Shown here: positions 14,046 through 28,357 of the stretch, in pieces
Position numbering within the stretch: the first letter of the stretch is position 1
Layout of the letters: the number at the start of each line of letters is the position of its first letter
NCBI GenBank assembly: GCA_951406725.2
Contig: OX597823.1
Span: forward strand, 89,156,001-89,220,000
Reading direction: 5' to 3'
Length of the DNA stretch: 64,000 nucleotides
Source of the DNA: Octopus vulgaris
Taxonomy: Eukaryota
Made by a program: the position numbers and the translations under genes
Notes under the pieces: generated by a model
Seen by the model: only the letters and a program-made list of their open reading frames with translations
What the model was told of the DNA's origin: nothing
Database searches by the model: none

Positions 14046-14664
14046 ATTATATTAGCTGAGAGTATAGTGAGTTAGGAGAATCGGTAAAGCACTGTCTAAA
14101 CGATCCACGTCTGTTTACAAATTCTATATATAAATCATGGAGTTGCCTTACGCCCGCCTGGAGCGAGGGGGGCGAAATACAAAGTCAAAATTTATACTCA
14201 GAGTTCACATGTTGGCCATTGGTAAAGAGGTAAAGTGATAGAAATGACAACGTCTAGAACAAAATCGGTCATAGTTTTAACTTCTCATCCTCTCTCTTTT
14301 GATTTTAATTTCGTTAGAGATCAATTTTACAAGTCTTTCTTCCACCACCGGTATGTCACGTACCAATTATATATTGAACTATTTTTGCTGATGTTTAAAT
14401 CTTTATTATTCACAATATTGTATTATATTGTTTACTATATTGTATAAAACTTGTAAGCAGGAGCAAGGGTATGTCATGTAGATGAACCCCTGTATATAAC
14501 AATGCCTAAAGTAGCATGGTATTTGAAATCCTGATGCCACTCTGCAGATAGAGCACTGTAGTTTAGTCTCACACAATGAATCTTTCCGAGCTTGAAAACG
14601 TAAGAAGTTCGTCATTTCTATTACGCAATACAAATGAAAGCAATATTAGAAAAGTGTTGTATTG

Positions 14665-15048
14665 CGGGTGTGCCTGTGTGATGAGAAGCTTGCTTCTCAA
14701 ACACATGGTTCCCAGTTCAGTCCAACTGGTGGCAACGTAGGCGACTGTCTTCTACTTTAGCGTCGGGCCGAACAAAGCCTTCCGAGTGGGTTTGGTAGAC
14801 GGAAATTGAAAGAATCCTGTCGTATATCTATCTATATATCTATGTGTATGTCTCTGAATCTGTGTTTATTGCTCACTACCGCTTGACAACCGGTGATGGT
14901 GTATTTACGTCCCTGTAACTTAGCAGTTCGGCAAAATAGACCGATAGAATAAGTACTAGGCTTCAAAACAAATGTCCTAGCATATTAAAACCCTCCAAGG
15001 CGGTGCCCCACCATGGCCGCAGTTAAATGATTGAAACAAGTAAAGAGA
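14665..15048 (+). mobile_element. Near full-length Octopus-type tRNA-derived SINE
   Basis: tRNA-like head with ggttcccagttcagtcc B-box region, body ...gggccgaacaaagcc...ggtagacggaaattgaaagaa, internal low-complexity tract, and the 3' part shared with 1-183. Confidence 0.85.
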
Positions 15049-15052
15049 ATTG

Positions 15053-15245
15053 TTTCAATTTTAGACACAAGGCCAGCATGTTCGGGAGATGGGGTAAGTC
15101 GAGTGCATCGACCCCAGTACTGAACTCTGACAGATGAAAAGCAAAGTCAGCCTCGACAGAATTTGAATTCAGAACGTAAAGACGGACTAAATCCCGCAAA
15201 GCATTTTGACCGGCATATTAATGATCCCGCCAGCTCGCCGCCTTA
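15053..15245 (-). mobile_element. Meta-domain tRNA SINE
   Basis: Ends in gccagctcgccgcctt (reverse complement of the head); contains gatgaaaagcaaagtc...aatttgaattcagaacg. Confidence 0.85.
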
Positions 15246-17984
15246 GATTTGTCTATAATTGTATTGTTCCAAATATATACTTGTAAATCGTCTCAAAGTA
15301 TTGCATATTCTATTGGGTTACTTGGATTGAATTGTTTTACAATACAGATACTGATTTCGTTATTGCCATCCGGATATTACTGCATCAGTAATTAATTGTC
15401 TTTGTATAAATTCTTTTACTCGATATCCTGCCTGAATAAACTTACGACAATACCAGTGAGAAGTGTTAACTATTTGAAAAAGAAACTAATTTTCATTAAT
15501 GCCATATTAATTTATGCTTTTAGCTTTTCTGTGATGAAAACTATTATCATTCAATTTATTGAATATTTTTTCGCTTAATTTATCATACATTTCATATCAG
15601 TCAATTTATCATTTATTTCTTCAGTCGAATTATTGTATATTTTCTTTACTTATCTATGTGTATCTGAACATAGGTGTATTTATATGTTTAAAGAATATAA
15701 CAATATTACCGGAGGATTATTTATGATACTATTGAATTCATATCTTCAATCTCATTATTTTTTATAGTAATTAAATATACATCATGTTTGAGCACCTTAT
15801 AACAATAATAATCGCTTTATCTAAGGTCAGTTAAGGACAAATGTTAGTCTTATAGTTGTTTACTCCAGATAATTTTTGCACTCTACTTGGCTCGTTACGG
15901 TTGTGCTGCACATGTTTACAATTGAGCAGCATAATGCGAAAGTTGTTGAAAGTTAAAACTGCGCATCGTAACGTGCCGAATACAATTGAGATTTCACGAT
16001 CTAGGCAGATTGGAGAAAAATCAATAAAGGTTGCATCGTTTCGAATACATTCGATGACGTATGTCAATTGTCACTGTGGCTTTAGGCTTTCTTGTGAAAC
16101 TGCATGTTGCTATAGTTTCGCGATATCGTCAAATAGATTAACATACATAACAGGGCTTCGAGTACAGTATTTTGTAATCTGAAACACGGGGATTCATTCA
16201 TAAGAAATAGAACAAATAATTCCCATATGTTATCAAGAAGTCACCCACCCCCACTACCTCCACTCCTACTTCGTTTTTAATCTGCAGATACTGACTAGAA
16301 TCTAAAAGAAAAATATACCACATATTCTTTGTAAATACATCACACACATCTTTCGTTTTACCATTTCCCAGCGATGAAAAACTATCTCCAGTGGTTGCAT
16401 TAGATATTTTTATACAAAAAAATTAAATATAAATTTTTCTATCAAAAAGAGAATTTCATCTTATACCACTAATATCTTTTTTTTTTTGTTTGTTGTTGTT
16501 TTTTTTCTTTTGGTGGGGTGGGGTTAGTTTTTCGAAATATCCGGGTATAACCTTCCTCGCTACGGTAGATTTTGAAGAAACGGTGTTAATACGGTGTTCT
16601 GTATTGTTAATCTATTTTATTTGTGATTATAATATATCAATTTCTAAAGGTGAGAACAATTATTCAGTATAGGAAGCTTCATACTATTTCTCTAACAACG
16701 AGTCTGGCGCCAGAGAGGTTTGTATTAATGGAAATGTATGGCACTCTGTCTTCATAACTTGATATACAGGACCAACACTACATGCTAGATTCTATTACAC
16801 AACGCCCATATATTATTTCTCTGAGAACTTTATAGTGAATTATTGATGTATTTATAAGAAGTTCTAAGATTGGTTTCTCTTAAACTATACATATAACTTT
16901 CGACAGATAATTCAAAAGTGAAGCGTAATACATGATCTAAGTTTCATCTGTATATTTACACATTTGTATCCACAGAGAGTAGTGTGGTAAACCATTCTGT
17001 GAGTAATTCTGCAGAGCCAGTTCAGAATTAGCAAGAAATGGTTTAAAAATGAGTATATATATAATTAGATTAACAAAGGCTGAATTTCTTCCTACTACAT
17101 ACTATTAAAGCTGTGTTCCATATTATTCAGGATACTGTATTAGTGCCAATGAAGAACATTAGAGCAATCTTTTAACTTTATATTTATTAATAACTACGTG
17201 GTTTTCCAATTTAGGCAAAAGCCTGAAATTAAAGATGACAATAAATAACATTGCTGGAACCAGCCCAAGGTAGCTATGGTTGACAAGAGTCTGGGATGGA
17301 ACCCTTCTGCAGGTGAAGAATGCTTCTCTCGGGCAACCCTAGACGCTAAGGGGCGACCCTGAGATACCTGCTGATGATAGGGAAAGTTTCCAGCAATGCA
17401 TTCGATTCAGAAGGTGAATTTGTAATGCCTCTGAGTATCTCCTGCAGTTACAGTGTCGGGCAAAGCATCTCCTATATTTGTTTCATTTGGAGTTATATAC
17501 ATCGCTTTTTCAAAGATATTACAGGCATACATAAAATGATTCGGTTTTAACAGATGTTTGTTCTAACCTAGTTTAGCATACACTTGGCTCGATGTTTGCT
17601 TTTTCCGACTTGCTCAAAATAAAAATTATATTAACGATAATTTAGGCGAAAACGAGATGATATACGGTAAGTTTTGTATTATTTGTGTTATTAGGAAGAA
17701 TTTCTGTGCCAAAAGTACGAAATGAAATATTTAATTGTAAATCTAAGAACACATATGTAGTTTTAATTTGTTTCATCCGGCAAACAGTCCAAGGTATGGA
17801 CATATACGTAAGAGCCGAGAATATACATTACGGTAAAGATTATTCTAAAATAAGGAAACAAATTCATCAGTTCGATGTCTTCATTTCAGTTCCATATAGA
17901 GTAATAGAAAAAGTGACAGGAAATTATTCAATTGTATTCTTATGGCTTGCGTCTGTAATGAATCGTTACAAGCTCATTAAACTG

Positions 17985-18230
17985 GTGTTCATGCCAGTTT
18001 CCCTGGCGTGTCCGGCACCAAGAGTACTATATTGCAGCCTCTTGAATGGAACACCTGAGCCTCTTGAATAGAACACATTGCTGAGTTTGTTGTACGTCCT
18101 CATTTTCAGCTGAATGGCCAGCAAAAGACGAAAGGTGTTTCTCAAGAATACAATGCATTGCCCGGTCTTGTAATCGAAACAGCAACATTATGATCGAGTG
18201 ACCAACAATCTAATCATTAGACCACGTCAC
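17985..18230 (-). mobile_element. CORE-like tRNA SINE (old copy)
   Basis: Similar to the reverse complement of 53039-53290; related copies at about 22215-22450, 24950-25110, 25468-25705, 35790-35910, 36350-36600 and 54285-54460. Confidence 0.6.
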
Positions 18231-18617
18231 ACATTTTCACTTTATCATATTCTATTCCCGAATAAGGGGACTCTGAATCACATCTTGAAACCGTCGACAG
18301 ACAGGTAGGGAATATACATGACTTGGAAATAATATATATAGTCACTAAAAGGTAGGTTATAAAATTGGGTAGACACTTTCAAGAGCAGTAGGAAGCTGCA
18401 ATGAAGATGTCTTTTTCCAGTTGTTCAACCTAGAAATACTAGACAAATATTCATTCAAATCATACCGCAACTCACTACAAAGGAATAATACATTGTACAA
18501 GTTAATAATGTTTACCTAATGACAAAAGGGGGCATAGCTGGGAGGTTTTTTACTGGATGAGAGATGACATACAGTTAAATAAGAAAAGCAGCAACAACAA
18601 CATTATCACTGTAATAA

Positions 18618-19055
18618 TTTGAACTCAGACGAAATACCTATTTCTTTACTACCCACAAGGAGCTAAACACAGAGAGGACAAACAAGGACAGACAAACGGA
18701 TTAAGTCGATTATATCGACCTCAGTGTGTAACTGGTACTTATTTAATCGACCCCTAAAGGATGAAAGGCAAAGTCGATCTCTACAGAATTTGAAATCAGA
18801 ACGTAGCGGCAGACGAAATACCTATTTCTTTACTACCCACAAGTGGTTAAACACAGAGAGGATAAACAAGGACAGACAAACGGTTTAAGTTATCATATCG
18901 ACCTCAGTGCGTAATTGGTGCTTATTTAATCGACCCCGAAAGGATGAAAGAAAAAGTCGACCTCGGCGGAATTTGAACTCAGAACGTAACGGCAGTAGAA
19001 ATACTGCTACGCATTTCGCCTGGCGTGCTAACGTTTCTGCCAGCTTGCCGCCTTA
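18618..19055 (-). mobile_element. Meta-domain SINE with tandemly duplicated ~183-bp body (young composite)
   Basis: The unit gacgaaatacctatttctttactacccacaag...gaactcagaacgta occurs twice (starting about 18628 and 18812), followed by the head gccagcttgccgcctt. Confidence 0.88.
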
Positions 19056-20913
19056 ATAGCGTTGGTAATATTAACTATGATCTGAATAAAAATTAATACA
19101 GTCAAGTGAGTTTCGTAATCGGCACGGGAGAGGTAAATGAGTAAATATTTATGGACAAACTAGATATTCTGCAATTCAGCGATTCATTCGTTTGACACAA
19201 TTGGACAGCTAAATTCAGAGGAATCTTTATTTAATGTACGAAAATGAACCAGGAATCATTCGTAAAGCACGCAATATGTTTTCTTATTGATTTACAACTT
19301 TAAGGTGAAGAAGTTGGAGAACATGCTTTTTCAAAGACCAAACGCGGTACAAGTGAGATGAAGGGATGTTAAATCTAGATTACGGTCTCGGCTTGCTTCG
19401 AAATTCACCCTTGATCACTGGCCGTATGAAACTAATTTTATACTACAGAACACATCGAAAACGTTTTGCCACTTATTAGTTCCAGTTCAGCCAGGTGAAC
19501 CAGACCTATGGTTATTTAAGCTATGACTATTTCATCTCTGCTTAAGATATAGTCAATGTAGGATTAAGTTATAAAGTAGGTTCTTCGTTGATTTTGATGT
19601 GTTGACATGCTTCTAACATGTCGAGAGATCATGTATATGTTGCTTCAATGGCTCAAAGATAACAGATTAGTAAGTAACAAACATGTGTAGTTCATTGAGT
19701 CAGCCATACTACATGTCTGCAAAAAATTAAAGAGAAAGTCTGTTAAAGCCGGAGTTAAATCCAAGAACAGATCAATGAAGTAACATATTCTATAAATATG
19801 TAATCAGTTGATGCGTATATTGTTACTATCTGTTGTCTCTTAATAACCTTTCCTTTAAATCTTCGGCTACTTATTTATCGCATGGTTATGATACGTTTAT
19901 TTGCAAAACAAAAATACGTGGACGAAACATATATGATATGTGGAACTGACGCTTAGACAAAAGGAAGCTGATAGTAATTCGATAACGATCTTGTTGGATG
20001 GAATGTATGGAAAGACATAAAATTTGGAAATTATCTGTACCTTATATAAGTTGCACCCAAAGATATTTTTGGCAAGTAAATGCACAAACAAGAACGCCTA
20101 AGTTTCAATCCCGTTTGTAAGTAATCATGCAGGAAATAACTTATTAACTACACTATTTCAAAGCTCCTTAATATGTTAGAGACTCTCCGGTTTCTTATTA
20201 TAAATCTTTTCATGTGAATGCATAACACTCGCCAAGTTATTCAATCGAAGTATGGCCTATAATAAACCAATGAAAACAATTTGCACTTACGGTCACTAGT
20301 GCCGTTGTTAAATTCTCCTTAATCTGAAATTCTGCAGGTTACATTGCTAACGCTTGCACGAATTTTTTTTTTTTTTTCAATTTTTTTTTATTCTGTAATC
20401 TGTTCAACCTCTTATATTTCCAAATAGTTTGCTTACAGCTAAATGACTTTCTCTATTTAGATTATATAAGGCGATATATTAATGCATTCAAGTGATAAAT
20501 GGGCTGAAATTGTTGGAAATATTTTATACGTTTTCTTCACTGAACGCTATTATAGAATTCTGACATCACCTTAGTTTGGCAATACCGGTTTTGTTCTATA
20601 ATCAATTTACATCATTATTCATATAATTCTTTTATCGATTGCTTGAGATTTGCAAAGGCTCCCAAGTCAAGATAACCGTTTCGATTTTCTAAAACCTCAT
20701 AATATATGTATTACAATTATATTGGGATTAAATAAAATTCTTAAAGGCATAGTGTATGGTAAAACAGTTTGGTCATTTAGTAACCAAATCGTTTCGAGTT
20801 CAGTCCAATTGCGCAGCAACTTGGACAAAGGTTTTCTTCTACTGTCCCGAACAAGGGTTTCCTACTATGCCTCATGAGTGAATTCGGTTGGCGAAAAATC
20901 GTGTGGTAGCCCA

Positions 20914-20986
<73 letters not shown>

Positions 20987-23900
20987 TGTGTGTATGCTTG
21001 TGTGTGTGCACGCGCGCATTTGTATATGTGATTGTATATTTTTCTGTGTTTGTCTCAGTCTCCCACTGCTTGAAAACATGCGCTGGTTTGTTCATGTGCC
21101 CGTAGCATAGCGGTTCGACAAAAATGACTGATGGAATAATAAGTACAAGTCTTCAAAAAAATAAATACTTGGGCAGATTTGTTCAACTAATCCTTTCAAA
21201 GCGATGATCAGCATGACTACAATCTTATGACTGAAACAGGTCAAACAAAAGATATATTATTCTATTGTTTAGACTGAAATCGATTTGAAATCGGCGGTGT
21301 ATAGCTATCTTTCCATAGCTTTCGTTGCTGAGTTCATTTCCTATGGTGAGTATAACATGCAGGAAGAGAGTAATATTACAAAAATGGACTCTTTACATAT
21401 ATACTGGTCTTGTACAGCTAATAATGCTTAGGAATTCATTCATTATTTCGGCGAGTACAATAAAGGATATGCTTCGTTGACGTGATATATACGAAGCTGT
21501 CTCCCATACAAGCATTCACAATATTAGTCATTGCTAAATACTACTTTCTCTTTCAATATAAATATTTCGAACAATCTTCTAAATATATCACTTGAAGTTT
21601 ACCCAGGTAGTATGTAAAATTAGATTGAAGAGGAGTGAAATTAAATACGATAAGGCATTTAGGCCAATATCTTATCGTTTCTTCTCGGAATATATTCAAA
21701 TAATATCGTGTTCATTCAGAATAATTTTCTGGCTTATTATTAGAGATTTACTTACATATAGGCTACATTTTCGTGATATTTTTCGACACTATCACACGCG
21801 GATTCTTTAAAATTCAGTGTGTTATAATTTCAATTTTCCTTTACAACTTCGCATTGTATCAAAATGCATAAACCTTCGCTTTTCAGAAGAATTTGAAATG
21901 TTATATCCAATAGTTTGCAAACAATATAGTAAACATTGCCTTGTCTCTGATTAAAAAAGTATTGGCTTACAAGATATGAAAACACCTTTACGATAGAATT
22001 CCATTGGAAAATTACTAGAAGGACTTCCCTTTGAAGACTGTCACCTGAAAATTTTTCTAACCTTCATATATTAATTACTGTTTCTCGCTACGAGGCGTAG
22101 CATGCCATAAGATAGGGAATGCATTCGTAAGATACACTGTGCAATGATGCTTACGGGCTATCAAGTGACATGTTATTGATAAAGCAATTAGTCTCGCGTC
22201 CTAGGACTCAAAGAGCTGGTTACCCGGTTTTTATGGCATTTAAGTGACAGAGATCACAATATTGCTCCTTAACCCCTGTACAAGATGCGGATCCATTACA
22301 GGTTTACTCACTTACAGTTGAGTGGATTGGGGCAATATGTAATGAAGTGGTTTTCTCAAGAACAAAACAGACCACTCGTCTTAGGAACCATACTCACGAT
22401 CTTGCGCTTGTAAGTGCAACACCCAAACCATAAAGGCCATGCGCCTTCACCATCTTATAAATACGACTTTCTATGGCAGTTGAAATTGTACTAATATGGA
22501 CTACTGTACTTGTAAATCATTTCCTCGCCACATGCGCACATTTTGTGACATCGCCTAGCATGAGCGCAGCACTTAAAACTTTAAATTAACTTAAAGTATA
22601 TTCTTCACCCTTAAGAAATCTTAAAGCGCAGCATTGTCTGTAGGAGAGTAATATTGCCGTGTGATACAAGCATAAGTTGCATTTGGTTTAAATCGGTGTC
22701 CACCATTAAACAAACCAATATGTTAAAAATAGAATTTGTATGAACCAATTTTGATGAGAGTGAAATTATAAAACCACAGAAAGTTAAATACGATAGAAAA
22801 GAACTGCCTCTGAAAAAAATGAATTACAGATTGCCTCTTCTGCATACACAAAAAATACTTTCAACATCAAGTTGTTCGTTGTTAGAACTAATATCCTTCT
22901 CGTACCCAAATCATTATATGAAATATACAAAAAGAATTTTCGACTTCATTTATTCCATATGTGCACGATTGGCTGTGTATAAGCGCAGTCATAGCTATGT
23001 CATTTATAATTTCGTTTCACAAACAATGCGCAGCAATTCGAGCAAACATCTTACTCTTTCTCTTTGAGCCGACCAAAGTTTTGCGAGAATATTCGTTAGA
23101 CGGAAACTGTGCTATTTTATTTTTTCAACTATGAAAAATGCAATACAAAACGAACTCCCACTTTTGTTAGTGGAATTAATAAGCGTTGATAAAACAATGG
23201 AAATGAATTTTAAGTTTGATTTTAAATTATTTTATTATATATCTTCTTAGTAAAAATATACATCATCTTCTTGAAAAGATATGTTTAAAAAAATGGAACT
23301 GTGTTTTCATTAGTGATATAAATAATTGTTGAAATAAATTGTGTATATCTAATAATATAACTGGCTGTTATTTTTAGCACACACCTTATTTTTATATCCA
23401 GTCTCTTCAAGAAAAGTGAACTACTCTGTCAGAAAAAGAGTTCCAAAAAAAACAGTTATGTGTATAATCATTCGCAGCAGGTTTGAACGGAAACAAGCTA
23501 ATCGTTGGTGTATTTCGCCTCCAAAGAACAACTTCTCCCATCATGCAATATGTCAACACATTCGCTTTTATTGATAAAACACTCGATGTAGTGAATGAGG
23601 AGGAAATTAACTCTCTGGTGTGTCCGCTTCATTGTGTCTCTTTAATCAAATCTACCCACGAAGAAGTACAACAATTATTAGCATATTCACGTTCAAATAC
23701 GTCGGACTGTTTAAAGAATGAATACGGTGTTCATCGATTTAATTCTCGCTATTTTACGCGCTCGAAATAATTCAATTTCTATAAACCTGAATAAAGTCAG
23801 GTTTACAAATAAATAACATAACATAGTATCTCTGTGCTTAGGAAAATACATTGTAAATGGGGTTTGAGTTCCCCGTTAACTGACCTGTGATGTATGACTG

Positions 23901-25152
23901 TTAAGGATCGTATCATTCTAGACGAAATTAATTTATATTTGTTAGGTTACTTAATGTTGTTTGCTATATAACACGCCTCAGAAATGTGTGTATTAGGAGA
24001 TGTGGTAGAACATGTGGGTTAAGAAAGTTAGTGTAATTGAGGATATAATTACATTTTACCTTTTTTTTTTTTGCTTCAGTCATTAGACTGTGGCCATACT
24101 GGGGCACTGCGTTGAAGAATTTTAGCCGAAGGAATCGACCGCAGCACAATTTAAAGCCTTGTAGTTTTTCTATCGGTATTTTTCTTATTGAATCGCTACA
24201 ATACAGGCATGCAAACACACCAACACCGGTTGTCAAATGGTGGCGGGGGACAAACAGATACAAAGACACACACACATAAATATATGTATATATACCACGT
24301 AGTGGAACGGAACCTGGAATCACGTACTTGGGAATAGTTGCCTATAATTTTTGCTGCGCATATGATTCTCGTTCCTAACAACTGCGATACGATTTTAGAC
24401 AGCAATAAATGTAAACAACATATATACTGAAACACCTGCACGTAGCAAGATTTTTAAGTGTCTAAACATTACGTTGAATAAACTTCTCAGCAAATTGTAG
24501 CTCAACAAGGAAGTATATTTACAACTCTACCCACCATCGCTAACAACACTATCTTTTCATTAAGTATTCATACACAGAAACGGAATATCAACACGACTGC
24601 ATCATTGACTGATAAGAAAGTTGAGATGTTTAATTATTTATTAGTTTTAAATGTATATCTATAAACTACGTCGTTCAGCAAATAAACTTGAAGTAATACA
24701 TAGCAGAAAGTTGCACTGTCGTAGTATTGCAAGACTTACAGTGATGTAAAATACAAAAATAAAAATGCAGACCTAAGTAGGATGTCTGTAATAATCGTTT
24801 TTGTGGATCTAGCAGGAAAATCGTGTTACGGAGTGAGTGTGTGTATATAAACTGAGAAGAAATATCCTTCCCGAGCCGTTTGCTTATAAGAGCACTTGCT
24901 TGGATTTTGTGGTTTATATATTCCACCAAACCTGATCGGAAAAACCGGTCCATTGCAGGATGACTCGTTTTTGCCACTTGAGTGGATTGGAGCAACGTGA
25001 AATGAAATGTTTTTCTCAAGAACTCGAGGTATCGCTCGGTCCAGGAATTGAAACTGTGACCAAACGATCATGTGTGAAACACCGTAAACACTAATCCACA
25101 TACCCTGAACATAAACAAATATATATACATACACAAAATTACGTGTGTGTGC

Positions 25153-25191
<39 letters not shown>

Positions 25192-25846
25192 GATTAATGT
25201 TTGCTGTCATATGAAGCTATAGATATAAACAAATTAACTTAAAGCTGAAGGATTACTTAATACTTTTTGGTAGACTACATGCCAATTCATCTTTAGATGG
25301 ATAAGGTTGACAGTGTTTCAACGAAGATTCCGTTACTCAAACCAAAACTTCGTAAAACCAGAAAGAACCAGAGTAAATCGCACTTCGATTATAGCTGGTA
25401 AGTCGAAGCTTTGAAGTGTTGTCAAACTTCTCCGTGTAAATATATATAAATACGAATGCAGCATCATTCTCGAGCCCAATGGTCGCGTAAGGGCCGGTTT
25501 CCCGGTTTCCGTATGTTATATATGCAGTCCCTAGTCGGGACGCCAGTTCGTATCCGTCACAGGGTTTCTCATTTTTGTCAGCTGAGTAGATTGGAGCGTC
25601 TTGAAGTGAATTTGTTCAAGATCACAACGTCCGTTCCAGGAATTGAACGCATACTGTTATAATTATGAGTCTAACAGCGTAGCCACTAGGCCAGACGCCT
25701 CCATCTGTATAAATATATAAATATGTGCGTGTATGTGTATATATGTATATATGTATGTCATTATTCAGTTATATTTCAAGATTTCTTGCCGACAGAGCCG
25801 GTTTCTAATGGATGGATGAATGAATGGATGGATCGATCCATATAAC

Positions 25847-26111
25847 AATTACAGCATAGAAGACACAAATTAGCCATTCAAAAACTCATAATGACTACGA
25901 ACTTCACTTAAACATTTATGTCATAATTTTCGTCACATCAACTGCGGCTTGGTCACTGGTGCAAATCCATTACATCTCAGTAGAATCCCCTCTGTGCCCG
26001 GGTCGCATTTCGTACACAGAAAATTCTAATACCAAACAATGAATGTTTAAGTAAGGTTAAAAGTCTGCGTGTGTTCTTGGATGGCTAGCGGGTGTCTTTC
26101 AGGCTGTAATT
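25847..26111. mobile_element. Old MITE-like element with 70-bp diverged inverted arms
   Basis: 25847-25916 aligns ungapped to the reverse complement of 26042-26111 at 51/70 identities (manual count). Confidence 0.6.
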
Positions 26112-26250
26112 ATTTAATTTCAAACAATGGTCTCAAATCAAATTACTTGCCTGAAAAACATAAAAAAATATATTGGTTTTGACTTGTAACTTTTCAAGAA
26201 CTATTTACCGACGAACGATTATAGATTATAAGTTTACACTCTTTCGTCGT

Positions 26251-26271
26251 CGTAGTAGTAGTAGTGGTAAC

Positions 26272-26315
<44 letters not shown>

Positions 26316-26392
26316 CAGCAGCAGCAGCAGCAGCAGCGGTGGTGGTGGTGGTGGTGGTGGCGGCGGTAGTAGTAGTAGTAGTAGTAGTAGTA
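26251..26392. repeat. Compound AGT/AGC/GGT/GGC/AGT microsatellite
   Basis: Directly visible. Confidence 0.95.
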
Positions 26393-27067
26393 AATCGGGT
26401 GACGGACTAAGTTTGTCACACAAGGACAAACATCTTCCTTTGAATGATTTTTCCAAACAGCTTCCTTCTATCAAATTGCTTCCACATTTTGATCGATATG
26501 AATTTTTGGCAGAGTGATGCGCAGCCGAATCGATTCCAAAGCCAGCTAATTGAAATTATTTTCCAATTAGGGAAGAGGCAAAATGTTTTATACTTTAGAG
26601 AAAATAAAGCAGGAGATAGTGATGGCCATACTGTTTGGCAAATTCCTTAATTGTTGAAAGTGGAATAGATTAAATGGGAACAGAATATTGAGGAGCCGAA
26701 CCTTATTCAATTTTCTTAAACTCTGACTCATTATCGATAATCATTGATTTCTCAGATTGCCTTTAAGGTACTTTTGGTTATTTACATTACTTGCAAGATC
26801 ACAAATATGCTTGAAAAAGTATAACTTACAGACGATCTAACTGACACAGAATATATTTAGCATTTACTATATACAGAAGCTGAAGAAGGCAAGAAATTTA
26901 AATCAAGAATATCAGGCATTAATTTCAGTCACTCTACCACGTTTAAAAGTGTTTAATATTGTTTGTCATAAAAACTTAGTAATTATTTATTGAACCCCTT
27001 TCAGGTCCATCCACGTTCGCATCACGAATGAAAATTTTGCTTTTAACAAATTTCACCATCACTACAC

Positions 27068-27186
27068 ACCATCGTGCATTTGATATGAATAGATATTGAA
27101 TCATTCACAAACATGTACATATGTATATGTGTCGGTCTGTGGCGCAATGACCCTCTCAATCCACAGCTATATATATATATATATAT

Positions 27187-27236
<50 letters not shown>

Positions 27237-27278
27237 CATACATGCATACATACATACATACATACATAATACATACAC

Positions 27279-27323
<45 letters not shown>

Positions 27324-27499
27324 ATCGTGCATTTGATATGAATGGATATCGAATCATTCACGAACATGTACATATGTATGTATGTATGAATGTATGTATG
27401 TATGTATGTATGTATGTATGTATGTATGTATGTATATATGGATGTATGTATGTATGTATATATGTCGGTCTGTTTGTAATGATCCTCTCAAGCCAAAGC

Positions 27500-27502
<3 letters not shown>
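27068..27502. repeat. Local duplication of a ~100-bp unit separated and split by microsatellites
   Basis: accatcgtgcatttgatatgaat...catgtacatatgtat...gtcggtctgt...aatga.cctctcaa.cca.agctat at 27068 and 27321. Confidence 0.85.
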
Positions 27503-27575
<73 letters not shown>

Positions 27576-28102
27576 CAGAGGCAACACCAGGCGTCACTCG
27601 GGATCATAACAGATTTTGCATAAGACGCATGCCTCCACGTAGTATATCACGTTTTTCCACATTATTTCTAGGTACAAATGGCTTATTTTTTTTTATATCT
27701 AGCACAATATCTTTCTCCAGTTATGGGTTAAAATAAAGGAATCCTGCAAAGCACAACTGATCTTTGCACAACAGACGCATAGAATAACACCAATCAAATA
27801 ACGACAGCGGAGTGCACAACGGACATCAGCGATCTGACTTTTGACAAGAGATGCCAGTTAGTTTTTACACCTACTAGGCTCGTTCGTATTAGCCCGAGTT
27901 GCTGGATAAATTTTCGTTCCTTTAAGAATATTGTAGAACGGCAATTTTTCATAGATTGGAATTTAAATCCTAATCTCTGTAGATTCGATTATATTGCAAA
28001 TGTTGTACATACAAGTGAAAGACACATATTTGGAATATGACACATGATATGCATATCATTGAACTTGAATACCGAATACATACATACATACATATATATA
28101 CT

Positions 28103-28169
<67 letters not shown>

Positions 28170-28267
28170 TTGGTATTATTATACATTCATCCTGAAATAT
28201 TATTCTATAATGGGAGGTTGGTGTACATACAATTTAAGAGAGTTGCTATCAAAGGAAGGAAATAATG

Positions 28268-28357
<90 letters not shown>

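Noticed and set aside
15831-16182. Non-repetitive ORFs on both strands (also 17685-18071, 23483-23770, 44007-44201)
   Set aside because: No recognisable protein motif or consistent exon boundaries; the lengths are compatible with chance.
25940-25975. ttgcac-containing segment resembling a miR-92 seed (minus strand)
   Set aside because: The rest of the sequence does not match the miR-92 mature sequence, and I see no pre-miRNA hairpin.
26173-26517. Poly-Ser/Gly ORF (and poly-Lys/Asn ORFs at 4.1, 6.1 and 48.7 kb)
   Set aside because: Trinucleotide microsatellites with no recognisable domain or splice support.
26875-26915. CTGAAGA aggcaa GAAA tttaaa TC
   Set aside because: Neither stem I nor stem II can pair; chance match.
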